From: a virus
Taxonomy: Duplodnaviria; Caudoviricetes
Length of the DNA: 64,000 bases
Reading direction: 5' to 3' (one strand)
Virus record (IMG/VR): IMGVR_UViG_3300044614_001923
Shown: one piece after another, positions 4,868 through 13,538 of the stretch
Position numbering within the stretch: the stretch's first letter is position 1
Layout of the letters: each line of letters starts with the position of its first letter
Translations under genes and position numbers: made by a program
The notes under the pieces: generated by a model
Database searches by the model: none
What the model was told of the DNA's origin: nothing
What the model saw: the letters and a program-made list of their open reading frames with translations, nothing else

Positions 4868-5530
4868 TCAAACTTCTACCGTGATCAGTTTGGAAGCATA
4901 TTCATGAGCATACGATGTGCGAGCACCATGATGCCCCCAACCAATCCAACTATACGCATAGTCCATGTAACGATTGATAGACTTACCAGGAGTTTTCATC
5001 CTGTCTTCAATTCGTTTCCATTGAACTTCAGTCGTTAGATAACGAAGTTGCGTTGGAAGTGCTGATGGAGAACCACCAAACTTCTTAGCGAAATCACCCA
5101 ATCCATAATAACGATCGGCAGATGTCCATTGAATCAGTCCGTAACCACGTCCGCAGTTACTCCAACTGGTTCTACTACCACCTTCGCAAATGTTAGGAAC
5201 AAAAGTTGATTCCTGACGAATATTGCCCATGATGGTAGCAAGGGCGTTTCTGTCTTTAATACCACGATCCTGGAAGTATGCCAGGGTAGCATTCTCATGT
5301 TCATTACACCCTTTACAAATTAACCTTGTCTCTTTAGGCTTTTCGGGAGCAACCTCGCGGATTGCTGTCTTCTTTTCATCTACAAGATCAAATTCTTTAA
5401 TAATGGAAAAGGGTTTATTTTCCACTGGTGGTGGAGGACCTTGCATCTTGTAGTTGACGAATGGCAGTGATGCCGTACTGGTTGTAACCGCAGCCATAAG
5501 AGGCAGGGCTACTGTAAAGAAATTTTGCAC
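4868..5530 (-). CDS. Phage tail lysozyme-family (Phage_lysozyme2-like) muramidase with a hydrophobic N-terminus
   Basis: ALATIMGNIRQES...GYGLIQWT...QLRYL motifs; GTG start. Confidence 0.8.
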   Translation of the reverse strand: MQNFFTVALPLMAAVTTSTASLPFVNYKMQGPPPPVENKPFSIIKEFDLVDEKKTAIREVAPEKPKETRLICKGCNEHENATLAYFQDRGIKDRNALATIMGNIRQESTFVPNICEGGSRTSWSNCGRGYGLIQWTSADRYYGLGDFAKKFGGSPSALPTQLRYLTTEVQWKRIEDRMKTPGKSINRYMDYAYSWIGWGHHGARTSYAHEYASKLITVEV

Positions 5531-5539
5531 TAATTTAAA

Positions 5540-5605
5540 TTGAACTCTACATCCGTATAGGCAAAGGAGAAGTTCCCCTTCTCAGGGGCAGCGCCCACGG
5601 CTCTA
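5540..5605 (-). ncRNA. Candidate cis-regulatory structured leader of the muramidase gene
   Basis: CCGT-GGGC / GCCT-ACGG closing stem, CCCCT-GAGA-AGGGG GNRA hairpin, alternative AAGGGGA/TCTCCTT stem. Confidence 0.45.
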
Positions 5606-5659
5606 AATGACACTCAAAGTCTCATAATAAAAAAGATCCACATAGTTGTGAATCTTAAC

Positions 5660-5688
5660 ATAATAAGTTAATATTTAGGATCTGTCAA
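5660..5688 (-). promoter_or_regulatory. Sigma70-like promoter TTGACA-N17-TATTAT with a CTAAATA late motif in the spacer
   Basis: Consensus boxes; CTAAATA seen within the spacer. Confidence 0.7.
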
Positions 5689-5697
5689 GTGTTTGGA

Positions 5698-5916
5698 TCA
5701 CCGAACATCAATCTCCTGATCTCCAAAATCATCTTCCAACTCCAAACACATATAATTCAGATCCTCTTCTTCTTCTAGATCAATCCATTCTGAAAATTCT
5801 TCAGAAATTGCAATTGCATTAAGATGGTCTTCTGTATTTTCAGATTCTGACAACTGGTGAATACGGTCGATTGACCAATCACGGACTTGAATCGCCGCAT
5901 TAATCGTTGTTTCCAT
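5698..5916 (-). CDS. Acidic hypothetical protein (METTINAAIQVRDWSIDRI...)
   Basis: ATG at 5916 preferred; the longer track start lies deep inside the GIY-YIG gene. Confidence 0.7.
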   Translation of the reverse strand: METTINAAIQVRDWSIDRIHQLSESENTEDHLNAIAISEEFSEWIDLEEEEDLNYMCLELEDDFGDQEIDVR

Positions 5917-6346
5917 AATAATCTTTTCGGAAGTACCTTGAGAGGATGTTGCTATTGTAGAACGCTGGGGTTCCATCGTCAAGGGATTCTGTGAGGACAT
6001 TATTTGTGAAGAGTTGCTTTGTCTCTTCAAAGTTTGTTTTGCCCTTTGTTTTATGTAATGAGAGGATAGTTCTACTAAAACTTTCCCTACCATATTTTTC
6101 AACGTCTTCTTTAAGCTCTGGACAAGACCCATAGTATTTTTTCCAATCAGATTCAGATTTTACTTTTCTTTTCTTTCCCTTAGGCGTTCTAAAAGAGAAG
6201 AAGTACTTCCTCCCAATATATCTCCTTCCATTGGAATTATTGGTAATTAAATAAACAAAACCAAAATATTCTCCAATATTGGCGCTGCTAAAAGGATTTC
6301 CATTATAGATCCATGGATTCTCATAGTCAATATCTATACTCATCAA
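5900..6346 (-). CDS. GIY-YIG family endonuclease
   Basis: GFVYLITNNSNGRRYIGRK motif followed by YYGS...E...EE. Confidence 0.85.
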   Translation of the reverse strand: MMSIDIDYENPWIYNGNPFSSANIGEYFGFVYLITNNSNGRRYIGRKYFFSFRTPKGKKRKVKSESDWKKYYGSCPELKEDVEKYGRESFSRTILSLHKTKGKTNFEETKQLFTNNVLTESLDDGTPAFYNSNILSRYFRKDYYGNND

Positions 6347-6488
6347 TTATATCAAGAACTTCATTGAGATATTTATGAGCAAGTCCTTTCATGTCCATGT
6401 CGTGTCTAACATGTTCCTTATAAAGTTTATCCTTTAATCCTAAAATACGAACTTTCAATTCATCTTTAACTAATTGATTTTTAGGCAT
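6327..6488 (-). CDS. 53-aa hypothetical MPKNQLVKDELKVRILGLKDKL...LAHKYLNEVLDIIDEYRY (not in the ORF track)
   Basis: Manual translation; fills the gap between neighbouring genes. Confidence 0.65.
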   Translation of the reverse strand: MPKNQLVKDELKVRILGLKDKLYKEHVRHDMDMKGLAHKYLNEVLDIIDEYRY

Positions 6489-6514
6489 AAAAAAAGAGGA
6501 GTGCTACCTCCTCT
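6489..6514 (-). terminator. Rho-independent terminator after the nrd operon
   Basis: AGAGGAG-GTAGCA-CTCCTCT followed by a T tract. Confidence 0.75.
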
Positions 6515-6516
6515 AT

Positions 6517-6678
6517 CTATACAACATCATTATGTGTTTTACCTAACCATTCAGTTTGATAATCATAATCTCCAAACAAATATTCATCACATTCTGCTGC
6601 TTCTTGATATGCGTTCAGGATTTCCTGTTCACACCATTCATCATAATTGGAATCCTGCAAAAGTATTTTTGGTAACAT
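6517..6678 (-). CDS. Small acidic hypothetical protein (MLPKILLQDSNYDEWCEQEILNAY...)
   Basis: Overlaps the 3' end of nrdB; start uncertain. Confidence 0.55.
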   Translation of the reverse strand: MLPKILLQDSNYDEWCEQEILNAYQEAAECDEYLFGDYDYQTEWLGKTHNDVV

Positions 6679-7822
6679 CTTGTTTAATACCCCCAACAAC
6701 ATATGATTCTACCTCCGTTTCCTGGGGTGCCACCTGGAGACCTTTAGAGGAAATCCAGTGCTGAGTCCAAGGAAGTGGGTTATTGTTTGCTGAAATATCA
6801 TATTGGGGCTTTAGCCCAATTGCTTTAATTCTTCTATTTGCGATCCACTCTACGTACTGCTGAAGAAGTTTATCATTAAGACCGATCATGCTTCCATCCT
6901 TGAACAGATAATCTGCCCATTTTTTTTCTTCATTTACAGCAAGATCGAACATTTTGTATGTCCACTCTTCTTCTTCCTTCATAATTTGCTTCATTTCTGG
7001 ATCATCACCATCACGCCATTTATTCAGGATGTTCTGAGTAATAGCTAGATGTTGGTTTTCGTCTCTTGCGATAAGAGAGATGATTTTAGCGGATCCTTCC
7101 ATAAGCTTAAGTTCACCGAATGCGAAACTACAAGCAAAACTAACGTAGAACCTAATACCTTCAAGAATGTTAACGTTTGCGACTGCTCTATAGAGTTTTC
7201 TTTTAACATCATTGATCGTTTCTTTTGCATTGGAAACACCTTCAAGCCTGAACATCCAATCATTAGATGTTCCATAACTTTGTGCTGACTGAATAAAGTC
7301 ATCATAAGATTCTGTCACGCTCTTAGCTCTTTCAAGAATACGTTCATCTGTGATGATAGTATCAAATACCTCAGATGGATCTGAGTATATATTCTTGATA
7401 ATGTAAGTATATGAGCGACTATGGATCATCTCCATAAATCCCCATACTTCCATACACGCTTCAAGTTCTGGCAAAGAACAGTAGGGAATAAATGCCATAC
7501 CAGGACCACGACCCTGAACAGAGTCAAGCATGATCTGATACTTTAGATTAGAAGTATAGATATGCTTCTGCTCAGGACGCAGGGTTTGATAATCTCCACG
7601 ATCCTTCTGGAGAGATACCTCTTCAGGTCTCCAGAAGTATCCGAGTTGTTGAGTAGTCAGTTTATCAAAGATTGGATACTTATAAGAATCATATCTTTGA
7701 ATTCCAAGTGGTTTGCCAAAAAACATTGGTTGTTTTTTGGTATCTACCTTTTCAGTGTTAAAAACTGTCATTCCTTTAATTTGGGTTTGATTTTCCTCTG
7801 CTGAAGAAATTTTAAACTGCAT
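6641..7822 (-). CDS. nrdB: Class Ia ribonucleotide reductase beta subunit
   Basis: FWRPEEVSL, EMIHSRSY, LEGIRFYVSFAC, RDENQH di-iron motifs; C-terminal APQETEVESY. Confidence 0.97.
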   Translation of the reverse strand: MQFKISSAEENQTQIKGMTVFNTEKVDTKKQPMFFGKPLGIQRYDSYKYPIFDKLTTQQLGYFWRPEEVSLQKDRGDYQTLRPEQKHIYTSNLKYQIMLDSVQGRGPGMAFIPYCSLPELEACMEVWGFMEMIHSRSYTYIIKNIYSDPSEVFDTIITDERILERAKSVTESYDDFIQSAQSYGTSNDWMFRLEGVSNAKETINDVKRKLYRAVANVNILEGIRFYVSFACSFAFGELKLMEGSAKIISLIARDENQHLAITQNILNKWRDGDDPEMKQIMKEEEEWTYKMFDLAVNEEKKWADYLFKDGSMIGLNDKLLQQYVEWIANRRIKAIGLKPQYDISANNNPLPWTQHWISSKGLQVAPQETEVESYVVGGIKQDVTKNTFAGFQL

Positions 7823-7856
7823 ACTCTCCTCCTTTCACATGAATTATTTAATGGTT

Positions 7857-10160
7857 TTAAATTTTGCAAGATTCGCAATCATCTTCACTATCTGACGCTA
7901 GGATCTGACTAATTAGCGAATCCATTTTTTCTTTGGTATCATCAACTACTTCATCAGTTTTAATGTCATAAGTATTTTGATAATATGAAGTCTTCCACCC
8001 GTACTTATATGTTGTTAAGAAGTCTTGTGCCATTACGCTAACAGGAACTTCATTATCTGGGTAATTTTCTGGATTATAGGACCAGTTTCCAGAAATCGCT
8101 TGATCGAAGAACTTTTGCATAATAGCAACAATATGTATATACCCACGATTGCTAGGCATATCCCACAGAAGCGTATAATTGTTCTTAAGTGTTTGATACT
8201 GAGGAACAATTTGCTTAAGTGGACCTTTCTTCGACTTCTTAATGGACAAGTATCCACGAGGTGGTTCGATTCCATTGGTTGCGTTTGACACAACGGAACT
8301 GCTCTCCGATGGCATCTGTGCGGACAGTGTCGAATGTCGCAGTCCATATGCCAAAACACTGGCACGTAAACTTTCCCAATCATGTTGCAACTCAATAGAA
8401 GAAACTTCATCTACATCTTTTTTATAAGTATCAATTGGAAGAATACCATCAGCATACTTTGTACGACCAAAATATTCGCAATGACCCTTTTCCTTAGCAA
8501 GTTGATTAGATGACTTAATTAGATAATATTGGAAAGATTCGGAAAGTCCATGAACGGCATCCCATGCTTCTTGAGAGTCATAATTAAATCCAAGTTTTGC
8601 CAAATAGTGCGCTAACCCAATAAATCCTATACCAAGTGAACGACGTGCCTTAGTGGCGATTTCTGCCGCCTTTACAGGGTATTTCTGGTAGTCAACCAAT
8701 TCATCAAGACCGCGTACTGAAAGATCACAAAGTTCTTCAAGTTCTTCATCAGACTTCACTTTACCAACGTTAATTGCAGAAAGAATGCAAAGTGCAATTT
8801 CGCCACTTTCATCATCAATATGTTGAATTGGATAAGTTGGTAGAGTAATTTCTTGGCAGAGATTGCTCATCTCAACTTTATCCTTAAATGAAGAATGAGA
8901 ATTGCAATGATCAATATTCATAATGTAAATACGACCAGTTTCTGCTCTCTCTTTTAAAAGATCCAGAATGAGTTCTTGAGCTCTGATAGTTTTTCTTGGA
9001 ACAGATGTATCTCGTTCATAATCCACATACATATCGTCAAATCTATCAGTCCCAAAAGCATCATACAGACCAGGAACGTCATGCGGAGAGAAGAGTGTGA
9101 CCTCTGCATCTTGGATAAATCGTTCATAGAAGAGTTTACTGATTTGGATAGAGTAGTCTAACTTGCGGACTCGGTTATCTTCAGTTCCTTTGTTATTTTT
9201 TAATACTAGGATATCTTCTATTTCTTGGTGCCAGATTGGGAAGTGGACTGTCGCGCTTCCTCCTCGTATGCCATTTTGCGTACAGCAACGGACAGTTGCT
9301 TCAAACTTTTTGAGAAATGGTACAACGCCAGTGTGCTGGACTTCACCACCTCTAATTTTAGAGTTGATGCCGCGGATTCGACCTGCGTTGATACCAATTC
9401 CTGCTCTTTGAGCAACATAGCGACCAATTGCCATATCAGAACTGAAGATACTGTCAAGGGTATCATCAACATCAACAAGAACGCAACTTGCAAATTGGCG
9501 AAGTGGGGTTCTAACACCTGCCATGATTGGTGTAGGAATGTTGATTTTGTGCTTTGAGATTGCGTCATAATACCTCTTTACATATGACATTCTGGTTTCT
9601 TTTGGATACTCTGCAAAAATTGTCAGAGCAATCATCATGTACATAAACTGTGGAGTTTCATATACTCCACTAGTGCTTCTATCTTGCACGAGGTACTTGT
9701 CAACGACTTGACGTAAACCTGCATAAGTGAAGAGATAGTCACGATCATGATCAATGAAACTATTAGCCCGTGCAATTTCTTCTTTAGAGTATTTGATGAA
9801 AATCTCACTATCATACACTTCAGCATTCACACAATTATAAATGTGCTGTTCAAGATTGGGAAGTTCTTTCATCTTCCCGTAAAGTTGTTTACGTACAGAA
9901 AAAAGAAGTAGGCGAGCAGCAACATACTGATAATTTGGATGATCAAGATCAATCAAATCAGATGCGGAACGAATAAGGATCTCTTGGATCTCTGCTGTGG
10001 TAATTCCATCATAAAATTGAATACCAGAAGTCATCTCAACTTGACTCGCAGAGACGCCTGCAAGACCTTTACACGCTTCTCCAACCATCAAATGCATCTT
10101 ATCTAGGTCAAGAGGCTCAATGCGACCATCCCTCTTGTTAACTTTTGTACCGTTGCTCAT
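7857..10160 (-). CDS. nrdA: Class Ia ribonucleotide reductase alpha subunit with ATP cone
   Basis: N-terminal KRDGRIEPLD ATP cone, FASCVL, SNLCQEITLP, QMPSESSS; uninterrupted. Confidence 0.98.
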   Translation of the reverse strand: MSNGTKVNKRDGRIEPLDLDKMHLMVGEACKGLAGVSASQVEMTSGIQFYDGITTAEIQEILIRSASDLIDLDHPNYQYVAARLLLFSVRKQLYGKMKELPNLEQHIYNCVNAEVYDSEIFIKYSKEEIARANSFIDHDRDYLFTYAGLRQVVDKYLVQDRSTSGVYETPQFMYMMIALTIFAEYPKETRMSYVKRYYDAISKHKINIPTPIMAGVRTPLRQFASCVLVDVDDTLDSIFSSDMAIGRYVAQRAGIGINAGRIRGINSKIRGGEVQHTGVVPFLKKFEATVRCCTQNGIRGGSATVHFPIWHQEIEDILVLKNNKGTEDNRVRKLDYSIQISKLFYERFIQDAEVTLFSPHDVPGLYDAFGTDRFDDMYVDYERDTSVPRKTIRAQELILDLLKERAETGRIYIMNIDHCNSHSSFKDKVEMSNLCQEITLPTYPIQHIDDESGEIALCILSAINVGKVKSDEELEELCDLSVRGLDELVDYQKYPVKAAEIATKARRSLGIGFIGLAHYLAKLGFNYDSQEAWDAVHGLSESFQYYLIKSSNQLAKEKGHCEYFGRTKYADGILPIDTYKKDVDEVSSIELQHDWESLRASVLAYGLRHSTLSAQMPSESSSVVSNATNGIEPPRGYLSIKKSKKGPLKQIVPQYQTLKNNYTLLWDMPSNRGYIHIVAIMQKFFDQAISGNWSYNPENYPDNEVPVSVMAQDFLTTYKYGWKTSYYQNTYDIKTDEVVDDTKEKMDSLISQILASDSEDDCESCKI

Positions 10161-11131
10161 ATTTTCTTCCAGGTAGTAAATTTAAGTTTTGCTTCTAATC
10201 CAGAATAAGTATTCAATTCTATCACAGACTGAACATCCAGTCCAGATAATATCATCTCATTAATATCCTTTTCTTTTATTGTTGAAGGCCAGATGACAAC
10301 TTTTTGTCCCATTTCGATAACGCGGGAAATTCTTGATAGGATTTCTCGATTACGTGGTTCGTTATCATATATCCAAATAGGATCGCTAATACCCCACTTA
10401 CCAACATCACCATCAGCTCCACAAAGAGCAATCGCGTTTGAAATGAATGTTGAGTCAAATGGACCTTCGGTAATGTAAATTGGTTGTGCTTCATCGATTT
10501 CATCTAATCCGTAAACTTTTGGCGCATTATCATTGAGCATGATAGTTATGTATTTAATTTTTGAAAGACCTAATGCTCTTCCCTGAAGTCCTATTAAATT
10601 TTTCTTATAATATAGAGGAATGATAATTCTTGGTTCATCATGCTTAATATCATCAAAAGTTGGTTTTAAAGTGTTTACCCACTCTTTAAAATTTTGCGCG
10701 TAATAGAATTTATTCGGGTTTAATTTTCTACTTTTTAGATAAGCATCAGAGTCAGGATTCTCTGATGCTTTTGGTAAGTTAATATTTTGTTTGAACTTTG
10801 GTTCTTCAAAATTAAATTTTGGTTCATTAGAAACAAAGTTTTTTCCTGTTTTTCCTTCTTTAAACTTTTCAAAAATATATTGTTTATGTATTTCAATATC
10901 AATATCTTTCAAAAAGTTATTAAAGGATATGTTTAATCCGCAGTTATGGCATTTATAATTTGTATTATTTTTTACAGTATAAAGATATCCTCTTGCCTTA
11001 TTCCTATTCTTTTGAGAATCTCCACAAATAGGACACCTGAAATTGTAAAGGTTATTTTTGACCTTTTTAAACTTTTGAAATCTAGAAGAAATCAAACTGA
11101 TGTACTTTACATCAATAAAATCCATAACCAA
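10157..11131 (-). CDS. gp61: DNA primase (T4 gp61-like)
   Basis: FRCPICGDS...CHNCG zinc finger; YITEGPFDS and DNEPRN TOPRIM motifs. Confidence 0.95.
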   Translation of the reverse strand: MVMDFIDVKYISLISSRFQKFKKVKNNLYNFRCPICGDSQKNRNKARGYLYTVKNNTNYKCHNCGLNISFNNFLKDIDIEIHKQYIFEKFKEGKTGKNFVSNEPKFNFEEPKFKQNINLPKASENPDSDAYLKSRKLNPNKFYYAQNFKEWVNTLKPTFDDIKHDEPRIIIPLYYKKNLIGLQGRALGLSKIKYITIMLNDNAPKVYGLDEIDEAQPIYITEGPFDSTFISNAIALCGADGDVGKWGISDPIWIYDNEPRNREILSRISRVIEMGQKVVIWPSTIKEKDINEMILSGLDVQSVIELNTYSGLEAKLKFTTWKKI

Positions 11132-11146
11132 TACTTAACTGTAAGT

Positions 11147-11175
11147 ACTCTACTCCAGAGAACGTGAAGCGTCAA
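11147..11175 (-). promoter_or_regulatory. Sigma70-like promoter TTGACG-N17-TAGAGT upstream of primase
   Basis: Near-consensus boxes with a 17-nt spacer. Confidence 0.6.
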
Positions 11176-11185
11176 GGATCCCAAT

Positions 11186-11308
11186 TCACAAATATTGTTT
11201 TGAATAAAAAGAAATTATACTTGTCCACTTTACGACAGAATTCGTAACCTTTTGTAGAGAATAAGTGGTAAGTAATTTTTTTGCTTTGTTCTTGTATTCT
11301 TTTTTCAT
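11186..11308 (-). CDS. 40-aa basic micro-ORF MKKEYKNKAKKLLTTYSLQKVTNSVVKWTSIISFYSKQYL (not in the ORF track)
   Basis: Manual translation. Confidence 0.45.
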   Translation of the reverse strand: MKKEYKNKAKKLLTTYSLQKVTNSVVKWTSIISFYSKQYL

Positions 11309-11331
11309 TTGGCAATTATGCCAACACTAAA

Positions 11332-11760
11332 TTATTTATTTTTTATTTGTACTTGAGGAGAATCTGTGGTTAAAAAGTCTACCACCATATGCGATTGTGA
11401 AATAGCAAATGATACAACAGCAAAAACTCCAACAACAATCCAGCGATACTTTCCAAATTCTTCTAATTTGGATTCTACTTTTTCTATTCGTTGTATTACA
11501 GCTTTATGATCTTCTCTATTTTCAGATTTTAATTCTTCAATCTGCTTTAAAAAATTCTCATCATTTCTGATAGTTTGATCTATTCTTTCATCATGTTTTG
11601 TGAGAATTGTTGCTATCTTATTATTTGCTTCAGAAATCTTGTTAACTGCTACTTCCAACTTGTCCATCATTTGTCGTGATAGTTCTTCGTAGATATTAAA
11701 TTTTGCTTCCAAAACATCCAATTTCGATAGGTCTGCTTTATTTCCGTTAAAAGGTGACAT
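11332..11760 (-). CDS. Coiled-coil protein with a C-terminal TM helix
   Basis: Heptad-rich body; RWIVVGVFAVVSFAI hydrophobic tail. Confidence 0.75.
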   Translation of the reverse strand: MSPFNGNKADLSKLDVLEAKFNIYEELSRQMMDKLEVAVNKISEANNKIATILTKHDERIDQTIRNDENFLKQIEELKSENREDHKAVIQRIEKVESKLEEFGKYRWIVVGVFAVVSFAISQSHMVVDFLTTDSPQVQIKNK

Positions 11761-11816
11761 TGTTTCTTGTATTAGATTATGTTATATGTCACCATATTTC
11801 ATTACCTAAAATTTAT

Positions 11817-12041
11817 TTATTTTTTAAATGATTTTACCCAATTTCTATATGTAACAGGAACTTTACGATAATCAACTTTTCCTTTTTTCCCAGTATATGC
11901 GCTAGTAATTCCAACTGGAAGATCTCTTCCTGCTGTGGGACCCAATGCTGAAGATTGTGATCCGAATCCACCTCCAGTAGACGGTGCATTTGCAACCATC
12001 ATTTCTCTCAATAATTCTATTACTTTATCTATCTTACTCAT
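11817..12041 (-). CDS. Hypothetical protein
   Basis: 74-aa ORF coupled to the upstream gene. Confidence 0.65.
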   Translation of the reverse strand: MSKIDKVIELLREMMVANAPSTGGGFGSQSSALGPTAGRDLPVGITSAYTGKKGKVDYRKVPVTYRNWVKSFKK

Positions 12042-12420
12042 CTTTTTTATAGATAGTTTGCAATTGCTTTAGGCAATTCAAATCAACTGGAATATCATGA
12101 ATATAACATTTTGGAAATTGAGGTAATCTATTTAAAAATAGAATAAAGGTCTTTATTTGAGACCACATATCCTTTTCAATTTTAAAAAACAACATTGGAG
12201 TAGTTGCCTCTCCAAAGATATTATAAAGAACTATAAAATGATTAATTAACAGGTGAGTACGAAGCTCACCTGTTTTTTTATATCTCTTCAGAAGACGTTT
12301 AATATACTTAAAATGATTTAGATCTTTATCAAAATCATCTCTAGTTACTGCCTGAGGATTTTCATAATTTTTAATAGCAAATAACAAAAAGTTATCTTCA
12401 TTCAATTCATTAAAGATCAT
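12034..12420 (-). CDS. Conserved T4-like cyanophage hypothetical protein
   Basis: MIFNELNEDNFLLFAIKNYENPQ...HLLINHFIVLYNIFG pattern. Confidence 0.8.
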   Translation of the reverse strand: MIFNELNEDNFLLFAIKNYENPQAVTRDDFDKDLNHFKYIKRLLKRYKKTGELRTHLLINHFIVLYNIFGEATTPMLFFKIEKDMWSQIKTFILFLNRLPQFPKCYIHDIPVDLNCLKQLQTIYKKDE

Positions 12421-12427
12421 ATACTAA

Positions 12428-13195
12428 TCAAGCAGCGATTGTAAGAGTTGTTGTTCCAATACCAACACCTGATGTTGTACCTGCACCAGCAACATTTCTT
12501 AGAATGTCTGATGCAAAGGTCTTAGTTACAGCACCACCACCAGAGAAATCTGTGATAGTTCCGACCACACCTGCAGCAAGATTAATTGTCAGTATAGTTC
12601 CAATACCAGCACTTCCACAGGTAAATGCAAACGCAACACGGTTGCTAATTTGACCATTGAATGTTGTGTATGTGGTAAATCCTGCGTTATTAGTGTATGG
12701 ATAAACTCCAGATGGTGCAAATACTGATGATGCGGTTGCAACAACAGATGTGGTAACAATACCAAGAGTATTAACACCAACTAGCAATACAGTTGCGCCA
12801 GCACCACAGAATACGGTCTCATTCCATACAACATGGACATAAGCGGTTTGACCATTTCTTCTAATTCTATTGGTCGCTCCAGCGCCAATAGAAATAGGTG
12901 ATGCTTGATTAGGATCCTCAAAGAAAACAGCAACTGGGGTTGCTAATCCAAGTCCTCTTGAATGAGAACTGATGCCAGTTGTGTTTAAACCAGATACTGG
13001 AACCAAAACTTCATCATAGTAACTTGTTGAGAGTCCAGAATTTTCTGTAGTTCCGTAACGTCTATAAACCCAACCACGAACATCGGCAAAGCAATTCCAA
13101 GGCGTATTATTTCTATCTGCATCTGACAAATGCTTTGGAATATTATAATTATTTGCCGCTGTTTCAGTGGTTGTTGAAATGCCCCAGAGTGCCAT
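12428..13195 (-). CDS. Putative virion structural protein (Gly/Thr/Ala-rich)
   Basis: MALWG N-terminus; TATAAATA late promoter at 13233-13240. Confidence 0.7.
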   Translation of the reverse strand: MALWGISTTTETAANNYNIPKHLSDADRNNTPWNCFADVRGWVYRRYGTTENSGLSTSYYDEVLVPVSGLNTTGISSHSRGLGLATPVAVFFEDPNQASPISIGAGATNRIRRNGQTAYVHVVWNETVFCGAGATVLLVGVNTLGIVTTSVVATASSVFAPSGVYPYTNNAGFTTYTTFNGQISNRVAFAFTCGSAGIGTILTINLAAGVVGTITDFSGGGAVTKTFASDILRNVAGAGTTSGVGIGTTTLTIAA

Positions 13196-13243
13196 TCTTT
13201 TTACCTTTACTAAACTAAAATTTATCTATGAGTATTTATAAAG

Positions 13244-13270
13244 AAGGAGACCTTTAGATTTGGTCTCCTT
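13244..13270. terminator. Perfect 9-bp inverted repeat, probable terminator
   Basis: AAGGAGACC-N9-GGTCTCCTT. Confidence 0.6.
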
Positions 13271-13306
13271 AGATTAATATTTAATTTCTTATAATCTATA
13301 AAATAA

Positions 13307-13480
13307 TCACTTACAATCTCTAAGAAGTGCGGTTCTTACAGTCTGTGCAAGTAGATTGTCAATATCATTATCAGTTGTATTTACATAACGATCTAAAAGA
13401 TCGCAGACAAGTTTCTTAGTGTTGCATGAATTTAATGCTGCAAAAAGAATTGGTTTTACTAGTTCTACAAATGCTCCCAT
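13307..13480 (-). CDS. 57-aa hypothetical MGAFVELVKPILFAALNSCNTKKLVCDLLDRYVNTTDNDIDNLLAQTVRTALLRDCK (not in the ORF track)
   Basis: Manual translation; GGAGG RBS upstream. Confidence 0.75.
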   Translation of the reverse strand: MGAFVELVKPILFAALNSCNTKKLVCDLLDRYVNTTDNDIDNLLAQTVRTALLRDCK

Positions 13481-13538
13481 GATAACCTCCGTATGAGTGG
13501 ATTCAAAAGTATTTAGGAATTTTACTTAATTTTAATAT

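Noticed and set aside
5917-6132. N-terminal extension of ORF 5698-6132
   Set aside because: It lies in an alternative frame within the GIY-YIG gene; the ATG at 5916 is more plausible.
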